Part shown: positions 40,694-48,529 of the stretch, one piece after another
How the letters are laid out: each line of letters begins with the position of its first letter
Numbering within the stretch: the stretch's first letter is position 1
IMG/VR virus record: IMGVR_UViG_3300033146_000857
Location: 32,472-96,471 of that record
Source of the DNA: a virus
Reading direction: 5' to 3' (one strand)
Length of the DNA stretch: 64,000 nt
Position numbers and translations under genes: made by a program
The notes under the pieces: generated by a model
The model's input: the letters and a program-made list of their open reading frames with translations, nothing else
What the model was told of the DNA's origin: nothing
The model's database searches: none

Positions 40694-41075
40694 GATGATA
40701 GCTTCAATGGAAGCAAAGATAGTTGCCTTTTCAAAGAAAGGGTTTGACATTCCTGAAGATGAGATGGCAATACTAAAGAAATGGTACTTTGAAGGTGCCA
40801 TTAACTTTAAAGCCAACGGCTTTGGACTTCAAGCTGACCTATATGGTCCTTGCCTAGAAGATCCATTATGGAAAGACGTTTATAGTATGACTTGGTTACG
40901 CATCTTCACAAAGATGTGTAAACAACTTGGGGTTGCTACTAAGATTAGTAGGGCATCAGTTGCTGAGTATTGTAAGTCAACGGCTAACTACAAGATCTAT
41001 CCTGTGGTCTCTACTAAGCTAGAAGACTACGATGAGATCTTGGAGAAAGACTTATTAGTTTTGATACAAGAGTAG
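40683..41075 (+). CDS. Hypothetical early protein
   Basis: 130 aa; AGGAGG RBS. Confidence 0.7.
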   Translation: MLSKMIASMEAKIVAFSKKGFDIPEDEMAILKKWYFEGAINFKANGFGLQADLYGPCLEDPLWKDVYSMTWLRIFTKMCKQLGVATKISRASVAEYCKSTANYKIYPVVSTKLEDYDEILEKDLLVLIQE

Positions 41076-41082
41076 TTAGTAT

Positions 41083-41128
41083 AGTTTACTGGTAAGAGCT
41101 TTAAACCAGACTAAACAATCTGAGGAGA
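41083..41128 (+). promoter_or_regulatory. Conserved early-gene leader, copy 4
   Basis: AGTTTACTGGTAAGAGCTTTAAACCAGACTAAACAATCTGAGGAGA. Confidence 0.8.
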
Positions 41129-41133
41129 TTAAG

Positions 41134-42354
41134 ATGGCTATAAATAGTTATGAGTTACTACTTACTCAAAAAGTAGTTTCTGGTGAAATCAGTTTCACTA
41201 TGGATGATATGAAAAATAAAACAGCTGCACAAAGAAAGTGTCTATATAAGCTTGGTGCTTATAAAAACACAATGATGTCTGATAAGAATGTTCAAATATT
41301 TGGTGTAAAACGTCTGAAAAAGGCCATTGACCTTAATATAAGTATGACCTTAAGAAAACTATGGAGTATGTCCTTTGGTGATGCTTTAGATAACTACGAA
41401 AGAATAGTCTCTCCTGTAGGAGACATAAGGGGTTATGAGGCTAAAGTCTTAAAAATGTGGACTAACCTTCCTAGAGGTAGAGACTTATTTGTTAAAGGGC
41501 TAGGGTCTTTTAATATAGATGAAGCTATTGAAACATACAGGATGTCTTATAAGAACAGAACAGTACTAAATCCCAATGACTTAATAGTTACTGGTTATCT
41601 AGGTCAGCCTGATTATAGCCTTACTACCTGGCTAAATAAGGGTAGAAAAGAGTTGTTTAGTTGGATGGTAAGGTCTAAGTTTCCTGTAAGCCGAATTGAT
41701 GAGTTATCGGATCTAGATATTCTTGATATGTGGCATAATAGACTAACTCTAGCTCAGTGTATAAGAAGACTTGATGACATGATGAATAGAAATCTAAAAC
41801 TAGACTATATGGACAAGCCACATTTTGACTATCCTAAAGAATTAATTGCTTTCTGTGAACAAACAGACTTTTGTTGCCCAGAGAACGGCATAGCCTTAAA
41901 GAAGCTAGCTAGAAAGTTCTCTAACTGTTCTGGTAGCTACGTCAAGTCTATAAGACAAAAGGAACTGTTTATAATCTACTCCGAAGATGAAATGATCAGT
42001 CTTAATGGTAAGACTCTAAAGGTTGAACAACATTATGGTAAAAGAAATGAGGACATATCAAAGGGTAAAAAGACTACTTTCAAAGAGTCTATAAGTTATT
42101 TTATTAGAAAGGGTAAATTGCCAAAGATTACCGAGGAGTCAGACTATAAGGTTATGTATGACACAGTACCTAATGGTCATTTTAAAAACACAGTTGCTAC
42201 ATCTGCAGATGCTTTTAAGAAGCTTAAACATATAGCTGAACATGGCTCGATGTATGCTGACACTCCTATATGTTCTAGTGGCTTCAATAAGTTTGTTCTG
42301 AAAAGTGCTACCCTTATAGAGCTAGGTTATAATCATAGAAAATTGGTTTCTTAG
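41134..42354 (+). CDS. PcfJ-like domain protein
   Basis: LKKLARKFSNCSGSY...LFII...EMISL.....VEQHYGKRN resembles the PcfJ motif (L..EG..M.HCVGSY...Q..G..N). Confidence 0.6.
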   Translation: MAINSYELLLTQKVVSGEISFTMDDMKNKTAAQRKCLYKLGAYKNTMMSDKNVQIFGVKRLKKAIDLNISMTLRKLWSMSFGDALDNYERIVSPVGDIRGYEAKVLKMWTNLPRGRDLFVKGLGSFNIDEAIETYRMSYKNRTVLNPNDLIVTGYLGQPDYSLTTWLNKGRKELFSWMVRSKFPVSRIDELSDLDILDMWHNRLTLAQCIRRLDDMMNRNLKLDYMDKPHFDYPKELIAFCEQTDFCCPENGIALKKLARKFSNCSGSYVKSIRQKELFIIYSEDEMISLNGKTLKVEQHYGKRNEDISKGKKTTFKESISYFIRKGKLPKITEESDYKVMYDTVPNGHFKNTVATSADAFKKLKHIAEHGSMYADTPICSSGFNKFVLKSATLIELGYNHRKLVS

Positions 42355-42364
42355 TTGTTAGAAT

Positions 42365-42411
42365 AGTTTACTGGTAAAAGCTTTAAAACCAGACCTATTT
42401 ATCTGAGGAGA
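42365..42411 (+). promoter_or_regulatory. Conserved early-gene leader, copy 5
   Basis: AGTTTACTGGTAAAAGCTTTAAAACCAGACCTATTTATCTGAGGAGA. Confidence 0.8.
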
Positions 42412-42415
42412 TAGA

Positions 42416-42898
42416 ATGAAACTAATCCCAATAAGCTCTTTTGAGCCTGCTGAAGTATCGAATAGAGAATATGCTGTTAGAACCTTACAAAGTGGTATTG
42501 AGTTGCATGAACTTAAAAACTATCCTTCTAGTGTTGTGATAGAGTATAGAGATTTTACTATAACAGCTACTAGACTTAAGAATGATGACAAATGGTTATT
42601 CATAGGCGAGAATGGTAAACACACGTTTACTGATTTTAATCTTGGTGAACACTTAGAACTGTCTATAGTTGACTTAAAAATAGACGAACTTATATTGTTA
42701 GACACTCAGGAACCTTTTTTAGAAGAGTTACTTGAAGTAGCTATTTCAAAGTTAGACCTTTTGGACAGAATAGAACTACAGTCTGCTATGTCAACAATTG
42801 GTTACTGTAACTGTGCCAAGCATTTTAAGCTATACCTAGCAGAGGAAACAATGTCAGATCTAAAAGAAGCACTTGAAGCCTTAAAGGAGGTAATGTAA
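42416..42898 (+). CDS. Hypothetical early protein
   Basis: 160 aa behind the conserved leader. Confidence 0.75.
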   Translation: MKLIPISSFEPAEVSNREYAVRTLQSGIELHELKNYPSSVVIEYRDFTITATRLKNDDKWLFIGENGKHTFTDFNLGEHLELSIVDLKIDELILLDTQEPFLEELLEVAISKLDLLDRIELQSAMSTIGYCNCAKHFKLYLAEETMSDLKEALEALKEVM

Positions 42899-43311
42899 TG
42901 AATAGTTTTAGAGAACACTATGGACAAGATATAGACGGAAATAGAGGTGTAGTAAGATATGAACATGAGCTAGAAGACTCAGATGATGAAGTTATAAAAG
43001 AACAACTGCTCGACCTTAAAGGTCAAGTTGACTATGATGAGACTACTACCATTAGCCTCTGTTCTGACTCAACTGGAGACAATGTTGAGTTTGATATAAA
43101 AGTCTCAGACTACTTAAGTATAGAAGAATATCTTAAGTCTGCTTATGCTGATGTATCACCAGAGTTCAGCTTAGAGGGTATAAAATTTAGAGTTGGCCAG
43201 ATTGATGATACTTACTATGTCTTACAAGGAGCTCAAGTTACTTCCGAGCTTGATGCCCCACTTGAAGGCATAGACTTGCTACAACAGATAAAAAAGGAGA
43301 TAAGAATATGA
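42898..43311 (+). CDS. Highly acidic hypothetical protein
   Basis: 137 aa, Asp/Glu-rich; AAGGAGG RBS; TAATG coupling. Confidence 0.7.
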   Translation: MNSFREHYGQDIDGNRGVVRYEHELEDSDDEVIKEQLLDLKGQVDYDETTTISLCSDSTGDNVEFDIKVSDYLSIEEYLKSAYADVSPEFSLEGIKFRVGQIDDTYYVLQGAQVTSELDAPLEGIDLLQQIKKEIRI

Positions 43312-43787
43312 AAAGAGAAATAAGAACATTAAAGGGTAAAGACTACCTGTTTGACACCAAAGAGAATTGTGTTTGTCTAACAAGATTTGACTTAGAAACG
43401 GCGGAGGCTATGCTAGATAGCCTCACCGACTGTACTTGTTGTGTTAATTGTAAGGGTTGTATAAAGTGTGTTAGTTGTGTAGACTGTACTGACTGCCTAG
43501 CTTGTAATGACTGTGAAGGTTGTGAGGCTATTGCGGCTTATAGAGACCTAAAAGATCCCAAAAGATATGTCATTGATGTTACTGATGAAGAATTAACTAG
43601 CCAAGCTATCCAAGAACGTATCTTTAAGTTGGGTGGCTCATGGTATGAAGGCTGTAAAGAAGTACACTCCACTGATGTAGCTGGCTTATTCATTGATGAA
43701 CAGCTTATCATGTCTCACTGTGATAATATTAAAATATCATCAGACTATAAGCTTATATCTGCTGAAACATTCTTTAAGCTCTTCTAG
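43308..43787 (+). CDS. Cys-rich (CxxC)n repeat protein
   Basis: CTCCVNCKGCIKCVSCVDCTDCLACNDCEGC; ATGA overlap. Confidence 0.7.
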   Translation: MKREIRTLKGKDYLFDTKENCVCLTRFDLETAEAMLDSLTDCTCCVNCKGCIKCVSCVDCTDCLACNDCEGCEAIAAYRDLKDPKRYVIDVTDEELTSQAIQERIFKLGGSWYEGCKEVHSTDVAGLFIDEQLIMSHCDNIKISSDYKLISAETFFKLF

Positions 43788-43830
43788 GGAATATATAGAG
43801 CACTAATTTTAGTGTTCTATTATGTTCCCT
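43786..43830 (+). terminator. Long hairpin ending the first early operon (terminator or processing site)
   Basis: AGGGAATAT-ATAGAGCACTA-ATTT-TAGTGTTCTAT-TATGTTCCCT. Confidence 0.5.
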
Positions 43831-44210
43831 GCTGCTAAGATCAATTACCTGTAGCACTAACATCAGAGTCTATGACTAGAATCACAGCCGATCTTCCCAA
43901 TCAAAAAACCCTGGCTGTGTCTATATATCTAATATCTTTAGTTCCTGACCCACAGGCCAATCTTTTATATTGATTGTACAAAACCCTTACACCATAGATT
44001 CATGGGCCACTCTGCTCAACTTTCCTCTAAAGGTAACCCATTAATATTCCACTCCACCCTGTGCCCATATGCCCATCCCTACATAGGCATGCTAAGCGTC
44101 TTTGTGCACACTTGATGTATAATACATATACGAACAAAGATGATAGATGTTAGATGATATTGACCTTGCCTTGGCCATTATGACCATAGGATAAGCATCA
44201 AGTCACTTTT

Positions 44211-44229
44211 CTTGAACTTTTGTTATAAT
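44211..44229 (+). promoter_or_regulatory. Extended -10 sigma70-type promoter
   Basis: CTTGAACTTTTGTTATAAT (TGnTATAAT) upstream of 44298; a similar TTGAACTT...TGATACTAT lies at 38568-38590. Confidence 0.6.
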
Positions 44230-44297
44230 TATGTTATGAATCAAAAGAGAGTTGGTCAAGACGACCCAATAACTGTCAATCTTAGGAGGACAAACCA

Positions 44298-44711
44298 ATG
44301 AAACTAACAACCGTAGCTGATATAACAGCAAAATTCCAAACTGTAGTAGCAGACCCAGAGTCAGCAAATGAAGAAGCACAAGCTATCCGTACTGAAGAGC
44401 TTATGAAGTTGAGTAAGTCTGACCTTACAGCTATGATTATCTCGGCTGAGTCTAGAAATTCAGGCTCTGTAAAGGTCGGAGACCTTGCAAAAATGATACT
44501 TCAAGACGAAGAGTTTATCACTGCAAGCCATGAGACAGTTGCTCAAGCTGTAAGAGAACTAATCCCTGGAAGCCAAACGTCTTACAAGAGCATTGCCTCT
44601 TATGTGAGTAAGAAGAGAGAAGAATGGGACCTACCTGATAGAATTCAAGTACGAACAGCTCGTCCAAAAAAACCAGCTCCAGAGGTTGAGACTGAAACAA
44701 CTGAAGACTAA
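44298..44711 (+). CDS. Putative DNA-binding (HTH-like) early protein, paralog B
   Basis: 137 aa, paralog of 39182..39553; strong AGGAGG RBS and its own promoter. Confidence 0.7.
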   Translation: MKLTTVADITAKFQTVVADPESANEEAQAIRTEELMKLSKSDLTAMIISAESRNSGSVKVGDLAKMILQDEEFITASHETVAQAVRELIPGSQTSYKSIASYVSKKREEWDLPDRIQVRTARPKKPAPEVETETTED

Positions 44712-44720
44712 AAAAAGACT

Positions 44721-44745
44721 TAGGCCATCGGACGTGGATGGCCTA
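44721..44745 (+). terminator. Probable intrinsic terminator/hairpin
   Basis: TAGGCCATC-GGACGTG-GATGGCCTA followed by TTGTTTT. Confidence 0.55.
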
Positions 44746-44804
44746 TTGTTTTATTTAAGCTCTACCAAAGGGCTTATATAAAGTAATAACCGAGGAGTTA
44801 AAAA

Positions 44805-45137
44805 ATGTTAAAAAGTATATTCTTAAATGATAAGGTAGTACTAAATGCCTCTAAACTCAGCCATAACCCTGTAAAAGGACACTTGACGCTTACTTATCCA
44901 GATAATGAGTGTTTGAACCTTTTAGATATTATAGACCCAAAAGTGTGGTCTATTGACTATTTATCAAAGAAAAAAGTTCGTTTATACCCAATAATTGACA
45001 ATAAACTGACAATTAAGGGCAAAACCTTTGAAATTTTCTATAACACTGACAGCTGTGTTGTAATCCATAAAGACGAATTTGAGCTATTTGATAGCTTCAC
45101 TATTATACCAGGAGACCTATCATGGATGACAAACTAA
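44805..45137 (+). CDS. Hypothetical protein
   Basis: 110 aa; GAGGAG RBS. Confidence 0.7.
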   Translation: MLKSIFLNDKVVLNASKLSHNPVKGHLTLTYPDNECLNLLDIIDPKVWSIDYLSKKKVRLYPIIDNKLTIKGKTFEIFYNTDSCVVIHKDEFELFDSFTIIPGDLSWMTN

Positions 45138-45748
45138 GAGACTCCATACTAGACATAACCCTGGAAACCTTAAGTAATAAAGCTTTGCTCAGCCTAGCCA
45201 TGGAAGTGTTCAATGATAGAGGCTTAGCCCTTTTTGATATTTTTAATGACCTGTCAAACGAGGACTTTCAAAAGTTATTGACTGAAGAGTTTGAAAAGAG
45301 AGAAATAGACTACTTCCCAAGAGATCTGGACGGCCTCCTAAAAGTTCTGAACAAAGAACTCATGGTCATAGACCTGTTTAAGTTTAAAAACGATCAAGCC
45401 TTATTAGAGACTTTTAGAATCCTTATGAATGAGAGAAATATCGATTATCTCAAAGGTTTAGACGGCGAGACTCTTATGAAGCCCATTTCTGACGAGATTT
45501 TACAACTGGAATTGGCTGAGCGAAATCTATTGACTATGCCCAAAGATCAGGACCAGTATGAGCAATTTATACTGGATGAGCTAGTAAACCGGCCTGTAGA
45601 AGCTAAGAAGCTTCTGAGCATATATGCTAAGCCATACAGACCTAGTGAACATAAGGATAGATGTCTTAAAGTCATTGCTATGTCAACGACATATGCCAAT
45701 GACCCTAGGCCTGAGTTATTAGAAAATATCTTAGGCCAACTGGCCTAA
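45122..45748 (+). CDS. Acidic helical hypothetical protein with internal helical repeats
   Basis: 208 aa; repeated L...L..R.I/L units; AGGAG RBS. Confidence 0.7.
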   Translation: MDDKLRDSILDITLETLSNKALLSLAMEVFNDRGLALFDIFNDLSNEDFQKLLTEEFEKREIDYFPRDLDGLLKVLNKELMVIDLFKFKNDQALLETFRILMNERNIDYLKGLDGETLMKPISDEILQLELAERNLLTMPKDQDQYEQFILDELVNRPVEAKKLLSIYAKPYRPSEHKDRCLKVIAMSTTYANDPRPELLENILGQLA

Positions 45749-45753
45749 CAACA

Positions 45754-45820
45754 TAGACCCTCTCCAGGGTAGGCAGGATAGTACCTCCTCAGATTGCCTG
45801 CCTATCTTGTAGAGGGTCTA
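45754..45820 (+). ncRNA. Candidate antisense sRNA hairpin whose loop is complementary to the early-gene RBS
   Basis: 24-bp stem (1 mismatch; 2 G-U pairs that form only on the + strand) closing loop AUAGUACCUCCUCAGAUUG, the reverse complement of CAATCTGAGGAG(G). Confidence 0.55.
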
Positions 45821-45833
45821 CAAAGGAAATCAA

Positions 45834-46115
45834 ATGTTTATTGTACCTAATTCAGTCATGACTATGTATGCTGATAGAATTCTTATGGAAAAAGATAAGC
45901 TTACTATAGAATCAAACCATCAACTTGAGATGTTAGAAATGTTAGACCCCACTGTATATATGGTTAAGTTAACTACGTCTAAAGATACATCTATAAAGTT
46001 GTTCCCAAAAGAGGGTTACTTCATTAACTTCTGTGAAGAGGCTCAGTCATGGGTCATCTTAGACCTAGGCACAAATGAGCTATCTCTTCAGAAAAGTCGT
46101 TTCTTATGGCTTTAG
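45834..46115 (+). CDS. Hypothetical protein
   Basis: 93 aa; AAAGGA RBS. Confidence 0.65.
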   Translation: MFIVPNSVMTMYADRILMEKDKLTIESNHQLEMLEMLDPTVYMVKLTTSKDTSIKLFPKEGYFINFCEEAQSWVILDLGTNELSLQKSRFLWL

Positions 46116-46336
46116 TAGTAATAGCTTATTTTGTGCTATCACGGTTTAGTCCAAAGCTGTTTGCATTTGCATTTGCCATTGGCATAGGACTGCATGCTTA
46201 TGGTCTAACATACGATGTCGGGGCTGTGGCCATTTGCCTAGGGCTGTGGCTATTTGGTTCTCAACAGTTGCTAGGGTTAATCACTTTGGCTTATTTAGCC
46301 CTAATACCGGTGGCTCTATTTCAGGTATTTGGATAG
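46106..46336 (+). CDS. Small polytopic membrane protein
   Basis: 76 aa, almost entirely hydrophobic. Confidence 0.65.
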   Translation: MALVVIAYFVLSRFSPKLFAFAFAIGIGLHAYGLTYDVGAVAICLGLWLFGSQQLLGLITLAYLALIPVALFQVFG

Positions 46337-46356
46337 AAATTCTGAAGGATTATTAA

Positions 46357-46569
46357 ATGATTATAGAAACAAATCTTAAACTTAAGGATGACTTTTACTA
46401 TATGAAGAGTAACAAAATAGAAAAAGACTATGTTAAAACAGTCCGTGCCAGTGTCTCGGAGTATAAAACTATCGTTTTCTATGATTGCTCCCAAGGGGAA
46501 ATCGAAGATAAATACTGTTTTAAAACTGTTGAGGCTTTAGTTACTTCACTTAAAAAAGGTCTAAAATGA
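46357..46569 (+). CDS. Hypothetical protein
   Basis: 70 aa; AAGGA RBS. Confidence 0.6.
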   Translation: MIIETNLKLKDDFYYMKSNKIEKDYVKTVRASVSEYKTIVFYDCSQGEIEDKYCFKTVEALVTSLKKGLK

Positions 46570-46919
46570 GATATTTATCCGATTATATGGAGAAAGAAAA
46601 CACAAAAACCTTCGACAAATATGAGGCTTTCTATGCCTTCAGCCAAAAACGATTTGAAGAAAAGGCAAATAAAGATTTGAACTACGTCTCCCTACCGGGT
46701 GGCTTATGCTGCCCGAAAGACCTTGTCAAGGCCCTGATCGACGAACTTTACCAGAACCGTGCCAATGCCATTGCCCTGGACTTAAAGGAAAATGGCATTG
46801 ACAATGTCATCCAGCGTGAGCTTGATAACTACGAGTGCTCTTGTACTAGAAATACCGAGCCTGCTTGGGATGCTCTGGAAGATTACCCGGGTATTACAAG
46901 AGAAATGGTAAAATTATGA
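46566..46919 (+). CDS. Conserved phage hypothetical protein
   Basis: 117 aa; AFYAFS..RFEE...GGL...RELDNYEC pattern, as recalled from many phage proteins. Confidence 0.65.
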   Translation: MRYLSDYMEKENTKTFDKYEAFYAFSQKRFEEKANKDLNYVSLPGGLCCPKDLVKALIDELYQNRANAIALDLKENGIDNVIQRELDNYECSCTRNTEPAWDALEDYPGITREMVKL

Positions 46920-47092
46920 GAACTGAATTTATACCTTATCTTAGGCCTAATATCAATTTGGAAGATGAAATAGCTTCTTTGGATAAGATGGAAGGTCTTG
47001 CCCGAGGCTTTAAATCCTTAAGATTAGCTATTCTGTGTAGAGTTTGGTGGCCACGCCAAAGGTCCGCTTACAAAAAAATTATAGATATATAG
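46916..47092 (+). CDS. Hypothetical protein
   Basis: Track ORF 46865..47092; likely start at the ATGA overlap 46916 (MRTEFIPYL...). Confidence 0.5.
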   Translation: MRTEFIPYLRPNINLEDEIASLDKMEGLARGFKSLRLAILCRVWWPRQRSAYKKIIDI

Positions 47093-47138
47093 CCCCCTAG
47101 AGATGTAAATACTTCTTTAGGGATGTAAATGCCTTTGT

Positions 47139-47176
47139 CATCTAATTCTGTAGCTTCTTTGATTCAGAATTAGATG
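47139..47176. other. 12-bp hairpin at the end of the early block
   Basis: CATCTAATTCTG...CAGAATTAGATG. Confidence 0.55.
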
Positions 47177-47199
47177 GACCTTGGCCAGGTCATTAGCTC

Positions 47200-47700
47200 T
47201 TTTTATACTAGAAGTGCTAAAAAAAGTTTGTTAAGGTTTTCGAACTATCTTAGTCAATACTTTTTAGTCTAATTTTATTGATTTGAATTCTTTATACAAT
47301 ATAACTATCTATTTCTAATAATTTTCTTACTTTTTTGACACTTTCAATTTTATCACTATTTAGGGGTCGCTGGACATAGTAGTCGGTCTGCTAAGCGAAT
47401 AGTAAACGAAAAATATTTGTTATTTTATAAGTATAGTAATAAAAAATTTTCCATAGTAATGAATTTGTCAAAAACATGCTAAAGGTAAGATAGAATACTT
47501 AGTTCGTTTACTATTGGTCAGTTTTTCTCTGTGACTCGACATTCTTCCCAAAAACGAGCCCTTAAAAATTGATAAAAAAAGTTTAGTGTAGCCAGTTTTT
47601 CTATCCCCTTTTAGCACTTTTTTCGAGTTTTCATATCATTTTTTAACTACGAGACCTAGCATACTAAGATAGTTTAACTAGAATAGCCTGACATTTGCTC
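47200..47700. other. AT-rich non-coding region with nested inverted repeats (candidate origin or injection/packaging signal)
   Basis: AACTATCTTAGT 47243 / ACTAAGATAGTT 47663 and AATAGTAAACGAA 47398 / TTCGTTTACTATT 47503 share a centre at ~47457. Confidence 0.55.
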
Positions 47701-47773
47701 AGAGTAAAACATTTAATGAAAAATAAACCCTATAAACGGCCAAAATAACTACAATCTAAACCTGAATGGTCAG

Positions 47774-48110
47774 GCGTGACCAATAGCGTGACCAATAGCG
47801 TGACCAATATCATGACCAATATCATGACCAATATCATGACCAATATCATGACCAATATCATGACCAATAGCGTGACCAATATCATGACCAATAGCGTGAC
47901 CAATAGCGTGACCAATATCATGACCAATAGCGTGACCAATATCATGACCAATATCATAAGACAAATTCCATAAGACACCCAGACACCCAGACATAAAACA
48001 AATTCCATAAGACACCCAGACATAAGACACCCAGACATAAGACACCCAGACATAAGACACCCAGACATAAAACAAATTCCATAAGACAATAAACAATAAA
48101 CAATAAAAGC
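47774..48110 (+). repeat. A/C-rich tandem arrays: 12-bp x15 and 15-bp units
   Basis: C(G/A)TGACCAATA(G/T) x15 at 47774-47956, then CATAAGACACCCAGA and CAAATTCCAT units. Confidence 0.95.
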
Positions 48111-48267
48111 GTGCGAAAACGATATAAATATACCAAAACAGTGATTCCAAATACGACACACGAGGCATTTGGTTTATACCACGAGGTAGATAACACTCTC
48201 TTTAATGTTCACTAACATTCTTGAGTGTTTGCCTAATCAATGAGATATGTAATAAGCATAGTTCTGA

Positions 48268-48395
48268 CTCTTATAAAAGCTACAGTCCTGGGGAGACATA
48301 TCAACCTCTTATAAAAGCTACAGTCCTGGGGAGACATATCAACCTCTTATAAAAGCTACAGTCCTGGGGAGACATATCAACCTCTTATAAAGCTA
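48268..48395 (+). repeat. 38-bp perfect tandem repeat x3 plus a partial copy
   Basis: CTCTTATAAAAGCTACAGTCCTGGGGAGACATATCAAC at 48268, 48306 and 48344; no spacers. Confidence 0.95.
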
Positions 48396-48469
48396 TAGTA
48401 CATTACTCATAGATATCCAAGTTTATTAGTCTCTTTATATCTAAGTAATTAAAATCATAAAGGAAAGAT

Positions 48470-48529
48470 ATGCTATTGTAAATAGAACTGGGTAAAGGTT
48501 CACAGCTAACTCACGCGGAATTGGATAAC
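48470..48529 (+). pseudogene. Frameshifted remnant of the 5' end of a fibre gene (homolog of 61401..62459)
   Basis: After AAGGA, decodes with two indels to M-AIVNRT-GKGSQLTHAELDN versus MAIVTRAGKGSELTHAELDN. Confidence 0.7.

Noticed and set aside
38604-42411. Conserved leader as a CRISPR/integron array or as a plain sigma70 promoter
   Set aside because: The intervening sequences are whole genes with no cas or integrase, and there is no attC-like structure. TATAAT is present in only three of five copies and abuts the SD, leaving no room for a normal transcription start.
47730-48196. Four track ORFs (47730..48161, 47770..48168, 47776..47973, 47954..48196) with repetitive peptides
   Set aside because: Open frames are a by-product of 12- and 15-bp tandem repeats; several frames are open at once and there is no RBS.
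48268-48395. 38-bp repeats as a CRISPR array
   Set aside because: Units are directly abutting with no spacers, and no cas genes are present.
48470-48529. Fibre-gene fragment as a DGR template repeat
   Set aside because: Differences from 61401 are not adenine-specific, it matches the 5' rather than the 3' end of the gene, and no reverse transcriptase is seen.
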